64,000 nt of DNA from positions 620,001-684,000 of the forward strand of contig OZ025657.1 of assembly GCA_964019335.1 (NCBI GenBank), in the 5' to 3' direction. The notes beneath the pieces are model-generated. The model saw only the letters and a list, made by a program, of their open reading frames with translations. It was not told where the DNA came from and did no database searches. Below are positions 10,920-22,171 of this stretch, piece by piece. Every line of letters begins with the position of its first letter. Within the stretch, counting starts at the first letter, position 1. The DNA comes from Diplonema japonicum. Lineage: Eukaryota > Protista > Euglenozoa: Diplonemea. The translations under genes were made by a program, and so were the position numbers.

Positions 10920-12947
10920 TTACTCTCTAAACCCCTTCAACGCCTCTGTCACCTTTGCTGCCTTTGCTGCCTTTGCAGCTATTTCCAGTTCGTCACTCGC
11001 TGCTGCCTCCGTGGTGGTGGTTCCTTTTTCTCTCTTTTTCCTGACCTCAGGGTCTTTGTATGCTTTGAACCTGTCAAGACGCTCCTGCGTCTTCTCGGTG
11101 AAGAGACCCGGGTACAAGTGCCGTTCCTTGCCCAGTTTGATGGTGTACTGTGTTGTGTAAGTGGCCTATATTAAACATACATGTCCTGCCTTCCCTGCAG
11201 CCTCGTCGTGATCGTACATGGAAGCGAAGCTGTTCTTCGACCGGTCCTCCAGCCAAGCGTCCTCGGTGTCGGGTGGTTGCTGAACGATGCCACTCAAGTG
11301 CACGGACCCGGCCTTGATCTGTTGGTCAATAATAGCAGCGGTCTCCAGAAGTGCGTGGTCTTCCCCAGGGCGGCCCACAAGCAGGATACCTCCACTTGGA
11401 ATATCCCGTTGCTTTAAACAGAATGGGACAGTGACCCTCGGGCATCCTGTCAAGGCAAAGGGGCCTGTGTTGCGCGTCATTAGATCAGACGGCGCCTCCA
11501 CCCCCCTCCAGGTAACTAGTCCCGATGTGTTCGTTTTGTCCTGAACCTGCTGTGGCTCTGCGATGCAGATGGGAAACATCAAGGCGTCAACGTCTTTGGG
11601 AACCTCCTGCCAGTACTGCTGCAGCACCTTCGTCAATTCCTCCCGTGCTTCCGTTGATTGCTTCTTTGCAGCAGCATCCATCGTGTCAACCCCTTTCACC
11701 AGTTTTCTGATATAAGGAACTGAAATAGTTTCAAGGAACTCATTCCAGTTCAGCCCCGCTTTCTCACAAACACCTTTCATTATCGAAACTGCCTCCATGT
11801 CTAGCCCATTCGACCACATCCTCCACAAGTGTGGTACCTGCCTGAGTGTCATGTTCTCAGGGTCACGAAGGTGACCGGCATGAAGGGCATCCTGCAACAT
11901 GCCCTCGTCTGTTTCCGGCCGTATGGACATCTCGCCGTATTGCGCATGGCGGATCGTCTCGCTGACCGTGCACCCTAGCGACCGGAGCACCTGCGCTGTG
12001 ACCCTGAACAGCCTTTCCACCTCAGGTGATGTTACGATGTTGAAGGCGTCCTCGGGGATGAGGATATTCGGCACCTTTTCTCCCAACAGTGGTTCTGATG
12101 GTTTCCCTGCATGGAAGTGCAGGACGTCGTCCTCGTTGTGCAAAACTGAAGCTTCCAGCACTGTGTCAACGATTTTTATGTCCTGTATGGTCTTTGCTAC
12201 TATGCCCACTGAGCCCTGCGTGGTTGACATCATCCAGGTTCGCTTCCTAGAGAACCTGCCTGTGGTAGGCACCCACCCGTGCACACCAGCGTACCCAGCT
12301 GGGATGGAGATGTCCCCAGACACGTCAGTGCCCACTGCTAGTGGGACGCACTCGCTCAACACAGCTGAGGCACAGCCGCCCTGGCTGCCACCTATGTAGA
12401 AGGATGGATCTAAAGGATTCACCAATGACCCTGTGGAGGTGTTGATGCCTATTTTGCCCATGCCAAGCTCATCAAGGTTTGCTTTCCCAACAATGACGGC
12501 ACCAGCAGACACAAGTGCCTCCACGACAGGCGCTGATCGAGAGGGGACGTAGCGGGAGAGAGCAGAGCACCCTAAGGTTGTAGGGAACCCTTTCACATGG
12601 ATGTCATCCGACACCACAACAGGTATCCCGTGGAGGGGGCCTGCAGACTTCCCTGTTTCTTTCAGCTGCTCATCTATTGCCATCGCTTCGCCCATGGCGC
12701 TGTTTGACACACTGATCATTGTGTGAAACAATGCGGCATCCCGCTGCAGCCTCCGCACAGATTCCTCCACGAGTTCCTGAGAACGAACGGCCCCATTCAG
12801 CATGGCATGCACCCCACCTTTCACCGACATGCCTAGCACTTCTTCCGCCGTTTTCTTTCCATCCTCTCGGACCTGCGCGCAGCAGTAGACTCTTCGCACC
12901 TTCCCACACGCAGGACGCACGGCACGTGCTGCGCTCGCCAGGATCAT
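10920..12947 (-). CDS. Amidase-signature fold protein, probably catalytically inactive and mitochondrially targeted, 2 exons
   Basis: GPLHGIPVVVSDDI, AGAVIVGKANLDELGMG, GGSQGGCASAV, AVGTDVSGDISIPA. Intron 11148-11180 joins the ORF ending at 10920. Arg/Ala-rich N-terminus MILASAARAVRP. Confidence 0.8.
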
Positions 12948-13118
12948 GTTGTCCCTGCAAAGTTTAGATAGATATGAAAATACTTGGTTGTGACAAAAGG
13001 AAAAGATAGCCCCAGAAGCGACTCGGGGTATTAATGGAAACAAGTACCACTGACGCCAGCTCTTTCGATGTGAACGGTCAACCCACTCTGTAGTGGTTAG
13101 AGGAAACCATAAGAAACA

Positions 13119-14486
13119 CTAACGCAATGATCGGTCGTTTACAAATTCCTCTTCAATTCTCCTGTGCACCCCCATTTTGAGGTTCTCCATGAGTAACATC
13201 AACATGTCTGGGGAGAGCTGGTTTTGGACAGCAGGCTGCAGTAAGTACTCCACTAGATCGGGAACGGGCTTCCCGATGGCCGTGCAAGCAGAGAGGACCC
13301 TGACAAACATCTCGGGGGAGGTAGTCTTGGGATCCAAGGTGTTAATCATGAACGTTGTGAGGTGCTCGTTGCGCACACGGAGGGAAGAGAGAGATGTAAA
13401 TAAAGAGATTGCCTCAAGAGGCCCAAGGTCGTTGAGAATGGGGCCAATGGCACTTCTAATAGCAAGTAGGTCATCTTTAGACATTTTCCACCCCACCTCT
13501 GCTTCTCGTTTCAGCACTGCTATCACAACGTCTCGCTCGGTAAGGAGAGCCTGCCTCACTCGGCCCAAATTCTGCTGCTCTATCTTTCCCACAACCTTAG
13601 GTATCAGCTGTCTGAGGGCAAGGTGTGTCGTGCATCTTTTAAGTATCTTGATTGCCACGGATGCAGATATCTTTCGCGCATCAGTCACCCACCTCTCCAA
13701 CCCTTTGGGCGACCTCAATGAGAGGCTCTTGTTTGCGCTGCGCAATTTAAATGCTTCGTAAAATCTAGCAGCCACCATGCCATGTGGGAGGGTAGTAAAG
13801 CACGCTGCCTGGTCCAGGTACACCACTGCTGAGGAGATAATACCAGGTAGGATACGCGGTAGTTGTGGGAACGTGTCGTGCAGCTGCAGAAAGCAAGCGT
13901 AGAGCGGGAATTTGGTTGAGAGTTGCTTCAGCGTCCCATATTCCGACTCAAGCACCAGGGCTGTCAGGGGTGGTTCAATGGATCTTACGAGGGGTGGCGT
14001 GTTTACATTAAGCCAGGAGGAGGCCCAGAGCAAGTCGGAGAGCTCGTTTAGTGAAGGGCGCTGGTGTTTCTCAGCAATGAGATGTTGAGAATGAGAAGCG
14101 AGAAGTTTGGCAAAGGGGCCTTTCTCGCCGAGGCAAGCGAGGCCTGTGAGGAGTCGGATAAGCGTTTGTATTGTGTGCTTCTCTATCAAGTCACGTGCTG
14201 TGTGCAGACCCCACACAGATTTGTGGCGCAGCACTGCTAGAGACGCTGCCACGTTGCATATGTCCTCCTGCCGCATAGCCTTGCCTCGTAGCTTTATCCA
14301 TTTGTCCACACGTATCAAGTCCTCACGCGGCACATCAACAATCTGCCCTCGCCCCATGTTGCTGTAATCTGCAAGCGCTCGCACCACTTCTTGTATCCCC
14401 ACATTCTTTCCTTCTTTCAACCTGATGAACATCATGTTCCTCGCATCGCGCAATGGCCTCACACGGACCCACCATGGGTACCGCAT
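13119..14486 (-). CDS. Helical-repeat protein, possibly a mitochondrial RNA-binding protein (OPR/FASTK-like repeats)
   Basis: About 455-aa ORF with Arg-rich N-terminus and repeated helical motifs (ICNVAASLAVL, LIRLLTGLACL, LSDLLWASSWL, AISLFTSLSSL). Confidence 0.55.
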   Translation of the reverse strand: MRYPWWVRVRPLRDARNMMFIRLKEGKNVGIQEVVRALADYSNMGRGQIVDVPREDLIRVDKWIKLRGKAMRQEDICNVAASLAVLRHKSVWGLHTARDLIEKHTIQTLIRLLTGLACLGEKGPFAKLLASHSQHLIAEKHQRPSLNELSDLLWASSWLNVNTPPLVRSIEPPLTALVLESEYGTLKQLSTKFPLYACFLQLHDTFPQLPRILPGIISSAVVYLDQAACFTTLPHGMVAARFYEAFKLRSANKSLSLRSPKGLERWVTDARKISASVAIKILKRCTTHLALRQLIPKVVGKIEQQNLGRVRQALLTERDVVIAVLKREAEVGWKMSKDDLLAIRSAIGPILNDLGPLEAISLFTSLSSLRVRNEHLTTFMINTLDPKTTSPEMFVRVLSACTAIGKPVPDLVEYLLQPAVQNQLSPDMLMLLMENLKMGVHRRIEEEFVNDRSLR

Positions 14487-14736
14487 ATGCACTGGGGTGG
14501 TTTACGACGAAACAAGGACACAGGACGGGGGAGGGGGAGGGGGGGGAGAAAGCATAAAGGACTTTTTTACTTATTCCTGTTACTTTTTTTTTATAAAAAA
14601 AAGTCACGCACTATTTTTTTTTCTTTTTTTTTTCCTTGGGAGCACACTGCTTTGTCGGAGTGGTTGAGTGCTTTTTTTTTTTTCCCCTTTTTTTTTTACC
14701 CCACGGCAGGAATGGTCAGTCATACTTTACAATGCC

Positions 14737-14781
<45 letters not shown>

Positions 14782-14996
14782 AGGTTGCACCCGGTCTTGC
14801 TGGCTATGCGGATCCGGTGCTGGTACCTAGATGCAGTTGGTTTCTTCTTCTCTTTTTTTTTCCTTTACTTTTCTTTCTTAAATCCTTCCATTTAATGCGA
14901 GTATCAAAAGAGAAAAAAATAAAGAAACCATGCTATTTTTAACTTTTTTTCTTTTTAGGAGCAAAGGGTCCACAGTCTTAAACGAGCGCTAGTATG

Positions 14997-15034
<38 letters not shown>

Positions 15035-15284
15035 GGGAAAGAAAAAAGAAAAAGGTAAGACAACTCATAAATTGAGGAGAAAAAAAAGAAGGAAAAAAAA
15101 GAGAAAGGTGACAGGAACGGAAAGTAAGGACATTCACGGGAACCTGCCTGTGGACAGGGTCGCCTGGATGGTGTTATGTGTACTCCTCAGTTAAAGAAGC
15201 TGCACTGGGATGGGATGGGGGGTGAGAATTGATTTACTAACGTTCAAAAAAGAAAAAAAGAATAAAAATAAAAAGAAAAACAAC

Positions 15285-16067
15285 TCACAACTTCGACATT
15301 GTACCCTTCGGCATGGATGCGGCCTTCACAATGTCAGCGAACTCAGGCTTGGTGGAGGCACCACCGACAAGGAAGCCATCGATGTCAGGTTGGGACCAGA
15401 GGGCGGTGGAGTTCTTAGCATTGACCGAGCCACCATAGATGATCCTCGTGCTGCTTGCGACGGAACGAGATATTTTCTCAAGCAGCCAGTTGCGGACTGC
15501 AGCAACTGCCTGTTGTGCCTGGTCAGGAGATGCAACCTTCCCTGTCCCGATGGCCCACACGGGCTCGTACGCGATGACGATCTTGCTCCACAATGCAAGA
15601 GGTACCTGCGCAATGCCTGTCTGCATCTGTTCGAAGCACACCTCCTCAGTGCGCCCTTGCTCTCTCTCCTTCAACGTCTCCCCAATGCAAAAGATCACCG
15701 TCAGCCCCTTCTCCAGAGCCGCCTTGACCTTCTCTGCAATCACTTGTTGCGTCTCACCGAAGACGTGCCTCCTCTCTGAGTGGCCGATGATCACGTACTC
15801 CAGTCCCATGTCCTTCACCTGCTCGGCGCTCATCTCACCTGTGAAGGCACCGCTCTTTGCTATGCAGTTCTGTGCAGACACGCCTATCTCCCTCCTTGCG
15901 ACACTCTTCACAAGCCCGATGTACGGTGTGGCAGGTGCAACCACCACCTCGCAACTTGTGTAACCCTTGCCTGCGATGTTGGTGTTGAAGTCCTGCACCA
16001 GTGCAGTCAGGCTGCTCGCAGTGCCGGTGCACTTGAAGTTCCCTCCGATGAAAGGTGTGCGTGTCAT
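15285..16067 (-). CDS. TPI: Triosephosphate isomerase with PTS1 (-SKL)
   Basis: GGNFK, IIGHSERR, AYEPVWAIGTG, IYGGSV, DGFLVGGAS. Ends GTMSKL. Confidence 0.97.
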   Translation of the reverse strand: MTRTPFIGGNFKCTGTASSLTALVQDFNTNIAGKGYTSCEVVVAPATPYIGLVKSVARREIGVSAQNCIAKSGAFTGEMSAEQVKDMGLEYVIIGHSERRHVFGETQQVIAEKVKAALEKGLTVIFCIGETLKEREQGRTEEVCFEQMQTGIAQVPLALWSKIVIAYEPVWAIGTGKVASPDQAQQAVAAVRNWLLEKISRSVASSTRIIYGGSVNAKNSTALWSQPDIDGFLVGGASTKPEFADIVKAASMPKGTMSKL

Positions 16068-17667
16068 GGTAAGTGTTTAGTGTCCTGTCGTGAACTTCTC
16101 CTTTTTTTTTCTTTTTTTTTTTCTTGATGACGAAAGGTATAAAGCACCCCACGGGTAAGCAGGAAGAGTACTGCCTAACGGCTGTTCTAAGGTAGACGGC
16201 ACCGACACGAAGCATTGCCATGCTGCGCGCCGTGTCTTTCGTATTAAAAATTAAACTGGTTGGTTAGAACGGCTGTGCTGCTTGATCAGCATGCAAGGTG
16301 CCGACATGTTGTCACGCACAACCACAGTTCAGATGCCGGTGGCCCTGGGCGACCCATCGCGGCTATGCTATTCACGAATCGATCTTTGGAGCTTTGAGCT
16401 TTCTCTCATTCTCCTTATTTTATATTTCCCTCTTTTTTTCTTTTTTTTTTAATCCGTGCGTGGGCAGTCGTTCATTTGTTTCTGTTGCTTTTTTTTTTTT
16501 CTTTCAGTTGTTCAAGGTAAACACAGAGTGGCAAGAAGGGTGACAGTACCCCTCAGTCCTCCTCACGCTAACCGAACATCATTGAAGAGTAAGAGGCCAC
16601 GACACGATGGAGAGCTCGTTCTTTTCTTCTTCTTCTTATTTTTTTTTATTTTTATTTTTCCCCGTTTTAAAAATATCGGTGTTTACAATTTAAAGAATTC
16701 TGCTTTATCTATTCTTCATTGCCCTTTCTTGCATACCACCTTAAGCAACAAGCCCTCACCTCAGAGCTTTGCGAGAGGCTCAAGCTTGGGCATTTCAACA
16801 ATAAAAAAGGGTAAAGAAAGGGGGAAGAATGCTGACATTTTTTTTCTTTTTTTTTTCCCATTGCCAACATTTCCACTTACAGACCTTTCAACTTGGCAAC
16901 TGCCTTTGCAGAGCGCGAAGTACAAGAGTTCGAAAAAGAAATAAAACCTACTTACTCTACCTGGCAAGAGTCGGGGGGGGGGGGGGGGGGGTTGTGGTGA
17001 AAGTTAAAATGTCAGTGTCCTTGAGAAAAAAAAAAATAGAAACCATTTTACCCCACATCCAAGGAATGACTTTACCGCCTTCGGTAAGTCATTGACAGTA
17101 AGTAGTAAATACAGTTTCCTTTTTCTTTTCTTTTCTTTTTCTTTTTTTTTGTTTACTTGATGTGACGGTAGTGGGCAAGAAAATAACAGTCACGATTAGA
17201 GAAATTACAAATTTGGGTGAAACGCTTCACCATCCGTGGGGAGATGGCACCGCCGCTGTGCTTGTTCGTCAGGGGAAGCAGGCACTAGCGTCGGGGGGGG
17301 GGGGGGAGAAAAGGAGAAAAAGAAGAGAGATATAAAAAAAACATATCAGCTGCTTATTTCTTTTGCTGTCCAGAAGGGGGGGGGGGAGAGAAAACATAAC
17401 AATTAAATCGTCTAGAACAAAAGTGGAGAGAAGAGGTAGCAAGACAAGAACAGAAAAAAAAGTTTACTGTGATCTTTTTTTTTCCACCCAAACATTTTCG
17501 TTAACAGGTAACAGGGGAGGGGGAAAAAAAAGAGGATGGAAAGAAGAAAAAAAAGAAAAACAGGAAAGAAAAAAGGAGCTCAGGACATTCCAGCTCTCCC
17601 GCGCATCAGTGTCTTGCTGTAAAGCTCAACCTTGTCCTTCTCACTTTTCAAATAAAAAAAAGAGAAG

Positions 17668-17709
<42 letters not shown>

Positions 17710-17951
17710 ACAACACAACGAAAGGGGAATACTGATAACGGATTGTCACCACGACACATTGAAGAAGCCTCGGGTGAACCTTCGCTACAACCTGTGTCAC
17801 GTGTGATCGTATTGCTTTGACGCTATCTGCTTTGTGTCTGTAGCTGGGTCTTTGCCCGTTCATGCGGCACAGCAGCAGTGGTCAGTGCATTTATCATGTC
17901 CCCAAGGCGTCAGCCCAAGGGCACATTGATGCTATAAGTCGGGTTTCTAAC

Positions 17952-18917
17952 TCATCGGGATTCTAACTCCCGTTCCCTCCCTGTTTCGGGGTCTTCCGCA
18001 CCAGATGCCTCCTCTTCCCTTTCGACAGGGTATTTGGTGTACAGTTTGTGAATAGCAATGAAAGCCGTGGCGCAGGTGAGGACGCCAATATAACTAGTGG
18101 TGTACGAGAGGAACTTCTTCCTTGCGCTGTTGAGGTCGATGATGAACTGCGTGGCTTCCGAGTGCGACGGTGCGTTGTACTCATATGTAAGAGTCACGTT
18201 GAAGCCCTGCAGCGTGTCGGGCTCAACGATGGCCGTGTCCATCCGCCTGATGTGGGTGGTGGTGTTCCCTGTTTTGTTCCAGTTGCAGTTTGCAGTGCGC
18301 CCCTTCACCATGCACCCGGCGTATATTGTCTCAGTGAAGGTGCACACTGTCCCAGGGACATCTGCGCGGAACACCAGTGGTGCTTTGAAGAAGGTGTGAT
18401 CGTTCACCTCTTCGGAGGTCAGGTTGTCGAGTTGCACGGCCCACGCCCCTCCGTGGCTGAGCAGGGTGAGGTACGTGTGACTTGTGTTGATTTCCAAATA
18501 TGTCTCACGACCCGAGAGGCAGGTCTTCGTCGCAGGCACGCCGTCATCGAGCCCGTCCAGTGTGAGCTGGTACTTCCGCCACTGGGTGAAGGGCTCCGTG
18601 AATAGCGTGCAGACCAAAGCCAGAATCACACAAAACGCGCAAAATGTCATCTGAGCTAATACGAGAGGTGTGTAAAGACGTGCCTCTTTAGGGATGCGTG
18701 TCGCCCCGTATGAGATCACCGCTGCCGAGAGGAGGCAGGCCCCTACACCACCCAGCCACACGAAGCATTGGGAATTCAGATGGTTATTATGAAGCTTCTC
18801 TTCCCGTGCAATCAGCTCAAGAACCGCAAACCCCCACCACCAGATGCCCGCAAACCACACTGTGACTGACGCGATGAGCAGCGTGCATTGCACCAGCCTT
18901 GAAGTGTTGGGGTCCAT
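17952..18917 (-). CDS. Multi-pass membrane protein with large Cys/N-glycan-rich loop, unknown function
   Basis: Three N-terminal hydrophobic helices, a luminal loop with NxS/T sites, one C-terminal helix and an acidic tail. Confidence 0.65.
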   Translation of the reverse strand: MDPNTSRLVQCTLLIASVTVWFAGIWWWGFAVLELIAREEKLHNNHLNSQCFVWLGGVGACLLSAAVISYGATRIPKEARLYTPLVLAQMTFCAFCVILALVCTLFTEPFTQWRKYQLTLDGLDDGVPATKTCLSGRETYLEINTSHTYLTLLSHGGAWAVQLDNLTSEEVNDHTFFKAPLVFRADVPGTVCTFTETIYAGCMVKGRTANCNWNKTGNTTTHIRRMDTAIVEPDTLQGFNVTLTYEYNAPSHSEATQFIIDLNSARKKFLSYTTSYIGVLTCATAFIAIHKLYTKYPVEREEEASGAEDPETGRERELESR

Positions 18918-19158
18918 GCCCGACACTGACCCTGGGTGTCGAATATTTCAAATATAAAGTAAGAATGTATTTAAAAAAAGACCACTTGAATAAGAATGCG
19001 AGGAGGTGGGCTATCAGTAGACACAAAACTATCCAACTCCTTCAGAGATTCTTGTTCTCTAACTGTGCCTACAGAAGGTGAAGAAGGAATAGGGGACATT
19101 AACATGCCACACAAAAAAATAACGGGCAGACGTGTGCGTTGCATATATGCGTTTGGTT

Positions 19159-20226
19159 TTACAAGTGCACTCTGACCTTTACCTGATAGACAGAGGGGTC
19201 AGTGGCAGACATGAGGACTGTGAAGACAGTCATATCGTTCAGAACACGAGGGGTAGACATCACCTTCCAGAGGCTCTCGGTGTTCAAGTTGGCGGGGGAT
19301 CCGATAGCGTTCATGCCCGCGACGGCGGTGGCACGGCGGTCATCCTTTGCAGGAGGCTGCTTCCAGTGGTCGTAGTTGGTCTCGACGATGTACCATTTGT
19401 ACGCCTGGGGGATGGTCCAGGTGTTGATGGCCACACTGCCGTTCTTCGTGATGACGGTCCCTTCATCGGCAGTAGTCCCACTGAGGATGTAGTACACCGA
19501 TGCAGAAATCTCTGCATTCTGCAGCATCTTCACAAGATCATTGTAATCTTCAGCCTCAAACAGTGCCTTCTTCAGATACATAGAAGGCGGCAACCTGCCC
19601 TCAGAAATGGCTCTCACGTTCTCTTCAAAGGTCCCATCAGTCCTCTCGTTCCCCTCCACTGTGAAGAGACCGTTCCTCTGCCCGGTCCACGCACCGACAA
19701 GCCCCGCGAAGCCAGTGTACTTCACGAACACTTTTCCTCCCTTCATGTAGTCGATGTTGATGGTGGCGTTCCTTAAGGAGGGTGTCAGGATGGCACCAGT
19801 GCCGAAGTCCAGGTTTCTCCCGTGCATCACAGTCCCGCTGGGGTCGTTGGCGATGATGCCTGTGCACCCGAAGGTGTCAGGGCCCCTGGCGGAGATGTCG
19901 TAGAAGAAATTAGCAGTGGCCACCTCGATGAAGGTCAGACCGGTGCAAGCGCTGATGCTCTTGATCTCACCCTTGAAGGGCTCCTTCATCCACAGCTCAC
20001 TCTCGGCCATAGCGGCTTCGTACAGCGCCACTTGCTTGGGGTCCAACTGCAACATGAGGATGGCGTATATGTCGTCAATCAGCTTGCGCATGATGTGCCT
20101 CTTGTCGTTGCAAATGGCGTCCCAACGGTGCTCAGGCGTCGTGGTGTCAAGGTCCACCACATACTGCGGGGGGATCCAGTCACAGCTGGCCACTGCGAAC
20201 AGTGCAAAAAGAAGTATTACACACAT
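19159..20226 (-). CDS. N-acylethanolamine acid amidase / acid ceramidase (Ntn hydrolase)
   Basis: Signal peptide, Y.VDLD..PE.RW, autocleavage site G|CTGIIA, HGRNLDF, YIVETNYDHW, DDRR. Confidence 0.9.
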   Translation of the reverse strand: MCVILLFALFAVASCDWIPPQYVVDLDTTTPEHRWDAICNDKRHIMRKLIDDIYAILMLQLDPKQVALYEAAMAESELWMKEPFKGEIKSISACTGLTFIEVATANFFYDISARGPDTFGCTGIIANDPSGTVMHGRNLDFGTGAILTPSLRNATINIDYMKGGKVFVKYTGFAGLVGAWTGQRNGLFTVEGNERTDGTFEENVRAISEGRLPPSMYLKKALFEAEDYNDLVKMLQNAEISASVYYILSGTTADEGTVITKNGSVAINTWTIPQAYKWYIVETNYDHWKQPPAKDDRRATAVAGMNAIGSPANLNTESLWKVMSTPRVLNDMTVFTVLMSATDPSVYQVKVRVHL

Positions 20227-20338
20227 ATCAAAAGATTTCCTGAAGGAGTTAAAATTAATCACAAGCATGACAAGGAATGAAACAATGCAACTTCAAACAC
20301 TGCTGGTTTTTTTTTTTGCTTGAACAAGAAAAACAATA

Positions 20339-21904
20339 TGGGTCGATTTCAAAAAACCCCCCCCAAAAATGAGGCCAATTGACACTTTCGTTGCATCTTT
20401 GGGCATGCCATCCCCTTTAAAAAAATTTCTCCATATTTCCCGGCCCATATTAGGAAAGAACCCGGGTCAGAAATCGCTCAAGAGTGCTATTTTGACCTAT
20501 GAAAAATTCAGTTTTAGGGTCAAAATCGGGTTTTAGTGGTTTTGGTAAAGTCAGAGAGTATGCTTTCAATAGCAAGAAATAGCGGAACTCACTACTAGAA
20601 GGTGGCTGAAATGATGTTGGAAGTGGAAACCTTCATTTCCTAGTCTTCTGCGGCTGAGATGTGCTGCTGCTGAGCCTCGTTTCTTTTTCATACTATTAGG
20701 CCTTCTACCGCATTTTGGGGGGGTTTTAAGAGGCTCATTCGTAGGTGTACTTGGTGCTTTGGGCTTGTCATGTGGTGTTGAGTATTTTCGTAATTTGGTT
20801 ACTATTCTTTCTTTTTCAAGTCCGGGAAGGCTATCAGGAACGTCCTCATACTCATCACAAGATTCATAGACTGGGGGCCTTTTCTCTGCCCTGTCTGCAT
20901 CGAGTTCTTTGATGATGTACTTTAGTTCCTTCTAGCTCGTGGACGCGCACGTAGCAAATACACCCTCCGGTGTGCTCCTGAGCTCATACCTGTAAAATCC
21001 GGAAACTCAAGAATTTTCTTTTTGTACGGGCCAAAGACATCAGGAACTACATGCACGGCGCACTGTATCGTATTGATGATGTTAGCTATTTGTTCCACAG
21101 TTTTAATTGTTGTGGAACGAGGCACCCAAAGCCAAACACGAGAGAGCACACCAAAGTGGCTGTCCCTGCTGTTTTTGCCGTGTTTCTCCCCCAGAAACCA
21201 CAGGGAAAACGTCCGATCAGGATAGACAAACGAAGACTAAAAGAACAAAGTAGCAAAATTCCTTTGCACGAAAGTGACACCCACCGCTGTCAGTCCAGAG
21301 TATCCACTCTATTTCTTTCTTTATTTTTTTCTGTGCCCATGCTACTGTGGAACAAGTCTTTTCCAACAGTAAGGCCAGCTGCCCTTATTTCATCATGTGT
21401 GATGTGGTCAAGCCTCATGCCTCTGACCAATTGGCGCCGTGTGGTGTCTTGTTGGCAACCAGAAAATGATAGCAGAAGTGCCGCTAAAAGTTCCCCTTTA
21501 CACACTACGTCACACATAGTGCAGCACAGTCGTTGCCACTGAGCTTCTCAAAAACCTCTGTGGCGAGTGTCCTGATCGCCGAGGTGTTCCCATTTACCCT
21601 TTCTCGGTCCGAATACCATTTTTTTTTACCCCTAGCTTCTCAACTGCAAGTTTAAAAGCATCCATTTTTGTCTTCCCCTCTTTTACTGAATTTGTGCAAA
21701 GTGAAAAAACCCATTTTTGCCCCTAGGACTGAATTTTTTGGGTACTAGTAACACTCACTTTCCAATTTTCTGGGGTGTTTTTTTTCCTAACCTGGGCCGG
21801 GAAAGTTGTAGAATTTTTTTTCTTTGGAAAAAAGTACTTAGAGAAATATTGAAAGTGTCAATTGGCCTCATTTTTTTTTGGGGGGGGTTTTTGAAACGAT
21901 GCCA
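20339..21904 (-). mobile_element. Degenerate cut-and-paste DNA transposon with about 51-54 bp TIRs and TA flanks
   Basis: TIRs 20339-20389 and 21851-21904 share ATGAGGCCAATTGACACTTTC and have TA on both outer sides. Internal frameshifted transposase remnants LWTDSGGCHFRAKEF and FLGEKHGKNSRDSHFG on the minus strand (about 21150-21300). Confidence 0.8.
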
Positions 21905-22171
21905 TATATTGATTTAATGAATTGTTATTGCTAAAAATAGTGGTAGCATTGTTGGGCTTATCCTTCTACAGGTTAACCCCGGCTGTGCACAAACAACAAT
22001 CAACCGACTCTTTTTTTCTTTTTCTTTTTCTATGTTTCCTTGTTTGTTGCACCCCTTTTGTGAGGTGAATTTGGCATCAGTGGTGCCAGTGGGCTAGTGG
22101 TTCAGAAAGCTAAACCATGTGTAACGTTGGTACTCCGGAAGGATGTGGTGGGAAAGGTTGCAGAAGCAATC

